The notes below the pieces were generated by a model. The model was given only the letters and a program-made list of their open reading frames with translations, ran no database searches and was not told where the DNA came from. Made by a program: the position numbers and the translations under genes. 64,000 nt of DNA from Amoebidium appalachense (taxonomy: Eukaryota; Protista; Ichthyosporea): positions 516,448 to 580,447 of the forward strand of contig CAVNZM010000004.1 in NCBI GenBank assembly GCA_963693365.1. The letters are read 5' to 3'. Every line of letters starts with the position of its first letter. Within the stretch, counting starts at the first letter, position 1. Shown here piece after piece: positions 48,445 to 58,490 of the stretch.

Positions 48445-48492
48445 AGGGGTTGACTTTTCCAGTTTCCTTTCCCTGCTATATGTGTGTATTGT

Positions 48493-48531
<39 letters not shown>

Positions 48532-49019
48532 TTGGTGTGTGTGTGGGTTGGGGAGGAGGAGGGGAAGGAGAGGGAAGGGAAGGGCGGGGGGGGGGGGGGG
48601 GGGGGGCAGTATGCAATGTAGAGAGGGAAAAATGCTCTTTTAAAGAAAAAGATGCTCGCAGTTACACGCAGTGTGAAAGACACCAGCAACACACACCCAC
48701 ACCCACACCCACACCCACCCACCCACCCACCCACCCATCCACCCACCCACCAACCCACCCACCCACACACACACACACACAGACACAGACAAAGACAGAC
48801 ACACACACGTAAAACTGAAATCCGCACATGCAATAGCGAGGAGAATGGTTGTGCACTTACCACACACAAAAACATAAGCTACCATATGCTAACCACATCA
48901 ACAGACTTTCCAGCCAAAAACGTACAGCACATGCACAATCCTACATGCCAACTCAAAGACATCGCATACACAGACACACGAACATGAACAGGGACAGGCA
49001 CAGGCACAAGCACAGGCAT

Positions 49020-49050
<31 letters not shown>

Positions 49051-49335
49051 CGCATGCGCACACTTACATGCACGCACACAGAAAAAACGCACACTGTGAC
49101 ACGAGTTGACACACAGAAACTCGCTCTAATCGACACGCACACACACGCACGCACGAACACACGCGCTGCACACTTTGCTGACAACCTCACACACCTTCTC
49201 GATCTTTTCGAAGTAAGCGTTGCCGCCAGACTCAGGGGTGCTGTACCAACGCCGCAGGAGCGATGCTGCCACTGGCTGTGGCGCGGAGAGCAGGCGCGGG
49301 CCCGCCGTGCGCGCGAGAGACCTGAAAAGAGACAT
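45951..49335 (-). CDS. GLRX5: Mitochondrial monothiol glutaredoxin (Grx5), 4 exons
   Basis: Exons 49335-49195, 47910-47749, 46989-46875, 45997-45951. Arg/Ser-rich presequence [22 protein letters not shown]; motifs [49 protein letters not shown]. Confidence 0.96.
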
Positions 49336-49661
49336 AGCGAAGGCAAAGCACAAGCGCACGAGGGGAAAAGGGTGGGTGTGGCCTTTGTGTCTGTGTGCCA
49401 CGTCATGGGGTGGGAATGGTAGGGATGGTGCGGTATGTGGCTGCTAACCTTACGTAAGTGGGTGTCGAAATAACCATTTAGGTGGATGCAGATGCGTCAA
49501 CAACCAATCACATTCAAACCCAAATTGCAATACACAGTTGATCAAGATTTTCGAACAGTTAGAAGATGCCAAAGAGGATTGAGGGCAACGCTGAGGGCTG
49601 ACTTGTTTGTATACGTATGCAATTTTATATGCAAGGGTTGAGCAGATGGTATGAAGATGTA

Positions 49662-49850
49662 CAAAGATCGCGAGATTCTTCATACCGAGAGATTCGGTAC
49701 AGAGATTCTCCCGATCAAAGTGGATCCGACTACTCGGTATGAAGAAGCTACTCGGTATGAAGAATCTCCGACTACTCGGTATGAAGAAGCTACTCGGTAT
49801 GAAGAATCTCGCGATCTTTGATCGGACAAAGTGGATCCGACTGAGTCGGA
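49662..49850. repeat. Nested inverted/direct repeat cluster upstream of GLRX5
   Basis: Perfect 28-bp inverted repeat (49662-49689 / 49793-49820), 4 copies of CTACTCGGTATGAAGAA, 2 copies of CAAAGTGGATCCGACT, and the palindrome TCCGACT-G-AGTCGGA. Confidence 0.9.
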
Positions 49851-50203
49851 CAGCATTACAAAAAAAGGTGGTGTTGTAGTATGCGTGTGTCTGCGCAGTG
49901 TGTGTGTGTGCGTGTACAGGCAAATGTGCGTGTGTGTGCATGTAGATGTATGTATAGCAGATGTGGCAGCCGGTATAATCAATTCGAACATCACGAATAC
50001 TTCACCGTAAATTTAAAGTAGTCGTTTTATTGCGCCACACAGTGGCAGCCTTTCCGCCACACAGTGGCAGCCTTTCATGCCTAAATCTATATTCATTCGG
50101 TAAGAGCTACACGTCAAGTGGAAATGAGCCTCGTCGCTATCGACACGGCAACCAGTGCCTATGTTGTAAGCAACTGCGTATCAATATCCAACCATGGCCA
50201 TTT

Positions 50204-50785
50204 TCACGGCTCGGCCAGTGTGCTGTCGAGTACACAGGTATAGCCGTCGCCCTTATACCCCTCGCCACACTTGCACGTGTGGCTTCCCAGCTGGTTGCGG
50301 CACGTGGCGTTCATGCTGCACTTGTGTGCCCCCGTTCGGCACTCATTGATGTCCTCACACTCCCTACCGTTCCACGCGTAACCAGTCGCACAAAAGCCCC
50401 GATTCCTATCCGGTGTGCGTGCTGCTGGCGCTGTAGGCTGGTTCGCATTGTCTTCTTCACTCATATCCACCTCTCCAGCCACCTGGCTCTGCGGCTCCAC
50501 CCTGACCTGCACCTGCCAGGTTGGGCCCGCACTGACAAATCCCCCTGGCTGCTGCCCACCTGCTGGGGCCTGTGCCGGTGCCGGTGCCCCGTACACAACG
50601 CCTGGGGGCAGCTGGCGGCAACCCCACTGCCAGCCGCACCAGGTAAGGCCGGGTGCACACGCCGGGTTGGGGTAGCACACGCCGTTCCATAGAGACTGGC
50701 CCTCGGGACAGCGAGTTGTGGGCCTGATCAGCCAGCCATTCGCAACAAGGGGCAACCACAGAGCGGCACATACAAGCCGTGACAT
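50204..50785 (-). CDS. Small secreted Cys-rich protein with C-terminal calcium-binding EGF domain
   Basis: Single 193-aa ORF with signal peptide MSRLVCAALWLPLVANG, CxxGxxWxGxxC modules, and cbEGF CEDINECRTGAHKCSMNATCRNQLGSHTCKCGEGYKGDGYTC. Confidence 0.85.
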   Translation of the reverse strand: MSRLVCAALWLPLVANGWLIRPTTRCPEGQSLWNGVCYPNPACAPGLTWCGWQWGCRQLPPGVVYGAPAPAQAPAGGQQPGGFVSAGPTWQVQVRVEPQSQVAGEVDMSEEDNANQPTAPAARTPDRNRGFCATGYAWNGRECEDINECRTGAHKCSMNATCRNQLGSHTCKCGEGYKGDGYTCVLDSTLAEP

Positions 50786-52717
50786 GGTGTCTTGTGTGGA
50801 GGTTTGTTTTTACGAGGCCACTTCCAGTGTTGTCTGTGCCACAGTGTGCCTTGGCAGCCTACGCGTTGCCCCTTTTCATGTTGTGGAGGTGGCTGTGACG
50901 TCATCCAGATCTGGGCCAGAAGGTGCATTCCAAGTCCAGGGATAAGATCAATCATTGATGCCAGCAGCCAATTATTGTGCCTGATGATCATCTGAAGTTC
51001 TGAACCACTGAGGTGATCGGATATCCAAGGCATGCACCAGCCTTGACGTGAGGGATAAAGACGCTTATATACTCCAAAATATCAAAAGGGTTCATAAGAA
51101 AAAATAGGGCCCGTTGTATTACAAGAGACATTTGGGGGTTAACTACAAGGGATGTCGGGCGTACCGGCCGCCATACGTACATGAAGTGTGAGCGTGCGCG
51201 CGAGCGCACGTGTACGTACACGCACGCGTATCGACGTGTTATCAATTGTTATACTATGGGTGTGCATAGGTACGTGTATGATTTTTCGCCTTAGCTTGCA
51301 AATTAGCATTGAAATCCCGTCTTCTGAAGCTCTTCTCTACCCACTACAGTACAGATGTAACGTGGATTTCAAAGGCTTTTTATTAGCACTATGCAGACTA
51401 AGACTAGCATCGGATCTTACACTGGGATCGTCGCGACACTGCATATGATCATTCTGTGTCCACAACTCCACATGTACATTAATTGAAGTATATAGGGTGT
51501 TTGCTTTGTTCGTCCCTACGTGTGACGCCGATTATGGTGTATGATGCCGGCCTCTTTAACAGTGTTAGACATAGGAGCCCGAGATATTTATTCAACTCAA
51601 AAATTCAAATTTGGGCTGGCCAGGTTCAAGTGACTGTTCCTTTAGCAGGTGCGGATCTTTAGAGAGGGCTCTGCCGGTGTTGCCCAGGGCTGCCACCAAT
51701 CATCTCGCACCAGCTCAAAGGACGATTCGATTGGATACATACTCCCAATGATATTGCGGTCAACTTCCAAGATTGCACGTTTGCTGATATGATTGGTGAA
51801 CAATGATCTACGGTGCTATTTCACCAATAGGAAGTCATATTCGCACTTTTGGGGTTGTAACGAAATCTTTGCGCCGGAAGGCTGCAGTGCCAGGCTGTAC
51901 AGAAGGCTAGTCTCCCAGAATATGTACCCATTGGCTTACGCAAAAGGCCCCGTTGTGGAAAAAGGCCGAGTTGGCCGGGGGGCCCCCTACGTAAGTGGCC
52001 AAGCACTACTACGCCACGGGTCGTCTCCGCCCGGTCTATGATGCTGTATTCGCGAATCAAATCGCTTAATCTGTATTCATGAATCAGATAGCTCCAAATT
52101 ATATGTCGAGTGTACCATTGGGGCATAAAAAGCCTTGTACAGGGTTTGCATTTTGTTTTTGAAACTTTGGGGTAGGGTCCAAATTGTTTGGGATTCGCCA
52201 AAAAATCCGTTTGGGAAAAGCTGATCCGCCGAGTCCTGGATGGCCCACACTACCGTATAGGTTATATAACACTATATGTTCTAAATATCATTAACTGTAT
52301 GTATGTATGTATGCATGTACGTATGCATCTTAACTAAAACACCGATGTTCATAATCGATGACATCAATTACTGTACCCAATTCACAGCCCTCCCCCCCTC
52401 CCCGGCCGGAGAGCGGGTATTTTTTTTTGGGAATTTCGATCCCTGACCCAGGCCGGGGTCAGCGTGATTGGTAACTAACCACCGTCTGACGACGTCATTT
52501 TGACGACATCACCCCCAATCATTGTCTAGTGACTGTCGCCTGCGGCAACATATAAAGAAAAATCGGCCGCAGGGAAGACAGCACTCAGAGTGACTTCATA
52601 ACAGAAGGCTTCCCATAAGGCTTCCGGCGCAAAGATGGCGGAACATCTTCCAAAAAATGCACAAAAGCCGAGCCGTGCGCGCCTTCACGACGACGCGTGT
52701 ACACGTGTTATTTGTAC

Positions 52718-53082
52718 ATGCGCCATGGCAAGCCACGTGCACGGCTGTGTGGGTGTTGCATGCGCAACATGTTGAGCCTACGTTCTATCGTATTGTGCGT
52801 AAGCATGTCATTGTAAGGAGGAGGAAGAAGAGGGGGGGGGGGGGGGGGGGGGGGGAGGGGGGGGGAGAGACAGGGCCGGGGGTGTCACAGTTGTGGTGAC
52901 ATGCATATATGGGTGCTATGTGTGTGTGTGTCATGTCTGTGTGCTTGCGTGTGTGCGTGTGTGTGTGTGACACTGTGTGTGTGTGTATGTGTGTGTGTGT
53001 GTGTGTGTGTGCAGTGTGTGTGTGTGTGTGCGTGTGTGGTGTAGGTGTAGGTGTGTGTGTGTGTGTGTATGTGTGCGTCTGT

Positions 53083-53127
<45 letters not shown>

Positions 53128-53870
53128 CATATGCGCGGGGTGCACACAATAGGGGTAAATTTTAAGGGTGGGTGTGGGTAGGTGTGCATGCAGACGTTAG
53201 GAGAGAGGAGGGAACAGAGTAGATGTCTCGAAGTCTTGAGGGTGGGTACATGGAGAATAAATGAGCCCGTTGCAGTAGTGGACTAGGCCAATATTGATGT
53301 GTACCGTGTACACGTGGCGATGATGGTGGTGGTTGTGGTGTCCGCCCTTTCTCCCTCCCCCCCCCCCCCCCCCCCCCCTTGAATTTGAAATGGAGGGGTG
53401 GGGGGGGGGGGGGGTAAGTAAATATCGACGTCCCCCCTTGCGGTAACCCCCTCTCCCCCCTCGGGGGGAGGGGGTAAACACCCCTCACGGGGGGTGGGTG
53501 GATCCCCCCCTGTCCCCCCCCCCCCTCCTGGGAAAGTGTGGTGGTGGGTCCCCCGCCCCCCTTCCTCCCCCCCCCCCCCCCCTATGTCCGTCTTTGCAAA
53601 GTCTACTTTGTGTTGTCCGCCGCAAATGTGCACTACCAATATGCTCTATAACATTTTCTAACGACCCCCCCCCCCGCCCCCCACCCACCCACCCACCCAC
53701 CCCTCCCGCCCCTCTCAAATCTTCCCCCCTCCCCCCCCCCTCCCCCCTCCTCCCTCTGAGTCACCCTGCTCATTCACACAAGATTTTCATTATTAATGCA
53801 CGTGTAGACGTGCATGCACGCGCACGCACACACACACACAACACACACACACACACTGTGACACACAGAG

Positions 53871-53906
<36 letters not shown>

Positions 53907-53928
53907 ACACACACTGTGACACACAGAG

Positions 53929-53967
<39 letters not shown>

Positions 53968-53974
53968 TGACACA

Positions 53975-54008
<34 letters not shown>

Positions 54009-54355
54009 GCGGCCAACTATTGCTAAATCATGAATTATCGGGGGCAAGGTTATCGTGCACACCATGCAATGTTCGTATGCGTATCTGTGTGGCGGGGAAT
54101 GTATGTGTGTGTGGGGTGAAGGTATAGTATCTGCATGTTCATGCACATGTTTGTTGCTCATCGCTGGTCAAAGATAGCACACCTCGTGTGTGTGTGAGTG
54201 GTACATGCTTGTGCAGGTACGCGTCTATTAACTACGTGTGAAAGTGTGTGTGTGTGTGCGTGCGGTGGGCCGACTGGAGACGAGTGCGAGAGGGGGGGGA
54301 GGGGGGGGGGGGGGGGGGGGGGCACAGGGGCTGGGGTCTGGCGGGACTCCGGCGG

Positions 54356-54395
<40 letters not shown>

Positions 54396-55058
54396 TAACT
54401 GTACGGCATGCAGCCTGTGTTTCAGGTGATCAAGGACTTCTATTATTTGGTCCCAATGTTTACGTTTTGGCAATGTATGTAAACCGCTGCTCAACTATAG
54501 TATACTATTATGTGATCAAGTTATCTCACATGATTGCAGCCTATGGGGTGGGTGCCCCCCCCCCCCCCCCCCCCCTTCCCCACTCCCCTCCCCCCTCCCC
54601 CGAGGGAGGAAGGGACCCACCTGTACACCACCTTCTCAGGTGGGTGGTGGGTCCCCCCCCCAACGCCTCCCCCACCTCAAAAATCCCCTGGGCCATCCCC
54701 CCCCCCCCCCCCCCTTGCTCCGCACAATGGAAACTATGCTTTATCATATCATGTGTTGGTTTGTGCTCAGCCTCGGACCGATTTTTTTTCCTTGCGGAGG
54801 GAGGGGCCTGGGGGAGGGAGGAAGGGGGTGGCGGAGGACGGAGAGAAGGGGGGGGGGGGGGGGGATGAAGTCTTGTGGTTAAGTGGTTAATTTATGTTGC
54901 GCCGGAATGGCTTGTGTGCCCACACAGGTGCGGCTCCCCTTCTTGGCTTCACCTACATCAGCCTGAGATATATACGTAGTCTTCATATCGCCACCATTAC
55001 ACAACCTAGACTTCCGTCAGTGGAAAACGAGAAGACTAGATACATAGTGCTTGGGTAG
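52718..55058 (+). CDS. Possible small spliced gene of unknown function (incomplete model)
   Basis: Exons 54426-54474 and 54928-55058 join in phase ([36 protein letters not shown]...). Candidate first exon 52718-52798 ([27 protein letters not shown]|GTAAGC). Promoter-like motifs at 52480-52645. No family recognised. Confidence 0.3.
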
Positions 55059-56057
55059 AAGGGAGTAAATGGGAGCCAAAGCACGTGTTCATGTGCAAAC
55101 CAAGGTTCTGGACATCTGCAGCGGTAACCCGCCCCCCACCACCACCAATTGTGTTGTACTCTCCCGCTATGGCCACCCCACCCGACCTCATAACCTATGC
55201 TGCAATGAATAAAGCCCACAGCTAATGGCACCGAGAGAATACCTTAAACCTTGCATCTGATTGGCTGAGGCTGAGTAAAGACTAGGCCTGTACTGGTGCA
55301 CTAATTGGGGCTCGACATCTGACACTGAACGGCCGGGGAGGGATGAGATTGGAAGCTGGAGCCGCTGCTTTGGGGAGAGGGGGAGAAAGTGTGTGTTTTT
55401 TTTTTGTGTTTTTTTGTTTTTGTTTTTTTGTTTTTTTTGGGGGGGGAGGGGGGGGGGGGGGGGGAAGGAGGGGGGAAGGGGGGGAGGGGGGGAGGAAGGG
55501 AAGGGGGGAGGGGGGGGGGGGATGCACAGCCTGAAGCGATGGACTGTAGCATGCACAGACTTGAGTGCTTAAAGTGCCGTGTGTGCACCTACATCTACCG
55601 AAAATCTCGAACATATATACGTGTATATCGAGATTCGACAAATTGCATCGGATACACTTTATTGGGCCTGGGCTCTGCCCCCAGCCACACCACAACCAGC
55701 CAGTGCTCAGCGACACACTTCTTCATCATCTCCAATTTGGGGCTCAGCGTTGGTGTCTTGAGGCACGGACTGGGATTCAGAGTCGAGCAGTATCTGAAGT
55801 CTCTCCCTGAATTCAAAGGCAACTGTGTTAGAGCCGCAAAGTTCGACACATATGGGCTAAGTACTATCATATATGTGCATCATCCGGCACTGGCACGGCA
55901 CATGCGGTTGAGCTCATATCTGAGATATATATTCATTTGGGTGGAAAGTTTTGCCAGTGGAGGTGACACCATGCAGCTGGTGAAGTGGTAACTTAGGCTG
56001 GCAAGTGGATACAAGAACCCGGGGGAGGGTGTGTGTGTGTGTGTGTGGAGGGGAGGG

Positions 56058-56088
<31 letters not shown>

Positions 56089-56831
56089 TCACTGCAAAAG
56101 GCACTATACGCACGAATATACACATTGGGACACTTTGTTACTCTCGGCCAAGGATGCACAAACAGAAAGGTGGCTTATGGTTCCTAGGGCAGGAAGTGTC
56201 TTATGATCAGTCACAAAGCATGTAACGGCACTCCCTTGAATCAACCCGGTAGTACTCATTGCATTGGTCTTCTGGTCATACATATAATATATTGTATATT
56301 ATATGTATTTGTACAGCATAAAACATCATAGTATCTCTCAGTCTAACTTATATTAGTAGCTGTGAATTTGCTTAGTCGTTGCTTTAGACTACTAAATTCT
56401 TGTCCAATCGAATCCGATAAAGGCTTGCAAATGCTACCATAAACGGCAATGAATCATGACCCACGTGACTATATAACCTTACAATCAACCCCATATGAAT
56501 ATGGAATATACCCCGTACCTCAATGCATCCATCCTCGCAATAGCCGCATCCAGTTCATTGCACATACGCCACATGGAAGCCAAGTTCATTGCTCTGAGCT
56601 CAGGTTCGTTGTAAAGAGTGTAGAGGTGTCTGCCGTTTTCGTCGACGCTGTGTGCATGAGGGATGGATGGGAAGAGATACAGTGGTCAGACTAGCGGTGA
56701 CCTGAACATATAACGAAATCTACAACCCTCTTTTTGTTTTTTGTTGTTTTTTGTTTTGCCTCCCTAATACGGGGTGGCCCTTTTTTGCGTGCGTTTGTGC
56801 GCCTTAAAAGGAGGGGGCCTTAGGGGGGGGG

Positions 56832-57582
56832 TGTTGTTTTGTACGGGTCTAAGGGAGCAGAGTGCACAGAGGTGTCATGTAAAACACGACTAACACATTA
56901 ATGAGAGGGCAATCGGAGTTGTTCACGAGACATTGAAAGATTTCAAACAACAACTGAATCTTTATTGTGCTCTCGGTTCCTTTTGTACTTGCGACTTATC
57001 ACCTTATCACAACTAAAGAGGGAGAACCAATCGGTTCTATCAGAAGATAGAAAAACACATTCCGACAGAGCATACGCATTCCAACTTCCGATTAAACTAA
57101 AGTGTAGAAACTCTTACTTAAATAAATTAAGTAATTATACATCTAGTCACTATTAACTCACATATATATTTATGTTCGTCTCTATAAAGAAACTTATTTA
57201 AATACATATATTTCCTAACAGTCGACACTCTCAAAGTGAAGACACTTTGCAATAAACCGAATTCCATATATATCTATTGTCCAATCACAACACACATATA
57301 TTAACAGACAGGAATGCACAACACAATCTACAGATGTACTCGCTCGCGACTATTGGCGAGCCATCCTTTTGAGAACAAACTAGGCCATTTTGAAATAAAG
57401 GAAAGACAACGAGTGAGGCTAGCCAATCACGCTACCTCTCAGATAAACAGAGGAGAGCAAATAGAAATAAAACTGTTAATAAGTTCTTATCAGGCAAGAG
57501 AGCCAGGTGTGCACAGATCTACAGATATCTGTGCCCACAGAAACAAGGGAGAGAGAGATACGGGGGGGGGGGGGGGGGGGGG

Positions 57583-57634
<52 letters not shown>

Positions 57635-57772
57635 GAGAGAGGGAGAGAGAGAGAGAGAGGGACTCGGAGAGAGAGAGAGCACAAAGGAGGAAAGCAGACA
57701 CGAATACAAACAAGCTAGGACACATACATACTTCAAGGCTCTTGCTGTCATACATGGTGACGTATTCCAACA
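56832..57772 (-). repeat. 3' LTR (941 bp)
   Basis: Direct repeat of 63034-63988, TG..CA termini, contains a G-run and (GA)n. Confidence 0.97.
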
Positions 57773-58490
57773 TCCCCACTCAAGGGGTTGAAGTTTGTGT
57801 TCTCGTGTCTGTTGATGTGACGGTAGATGGGGTCCAAACACAGGAGGGGCCGTCACACTCAAGTTTCCCCACTCGAGGATGCAAACCGAAGATCCTTGAG
57901 GTGGGAAGGAGAGAATCAAAACTGAAGAGGCACACAACGACGGTTGCCTCTGAAGACTCGAAATAAGAAATCATGGTGGTTATCGGCGATATATATATAT
58001 AGATAGGAAACACTAGTGTATGTGTGACGTGTTGGTGGCTAATGGTTTATACTGGGGACCACCCAGGTAAACACAAGACATGAACATCTTGTGGACTGAT
58101 TTATAGACTGGTGGTCAACCAGTTAAGACACGGGGAAGGTGCATCCCGTGGACTAGGTTTAGACTGGCAGTCAACCAGCACGTCATGGCTATAGATAATT
58201 ATTTATACTGGGACGCCATCCCAGTTCGACATATATATAAGTCGAATATAGAGGAAAACCAATATATATGGTGGGATATGAATATAAATAAACGACGGAT
58301 GGTGGAGAATAATCCCCACTGAAGATGCACACATATGACGATGGAAGACTGAGTCCCCACTGATGAAGAGAAACGATGAGGAGTAGTAGACTTTCGTTGG
58401 GAGGCATCTTGATCACCGTAGGTGTGTCAACTGCTGTCCAGGGCCCCAACCTACTCAGAAACCACTCGATGATGAACACCAGTGCACGGG

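Noticed and set aside
51612-52246. Possible TIR element (TGGGCTGGCCAGG / CCTGGATGGCCCA)
   Set aside because: Only about 10 of 13 bases match and there is no TSD; could be chance.
55389-55991. 200-aa ORF on the + strand
   Set aside because: Begins in low-complexity sequence, with no recognisable domain or convincing splice partners.
58189-58479. env-like extra ORF in the copia element
   Set aside because: Short, non-ATG start and no recognisable motif.
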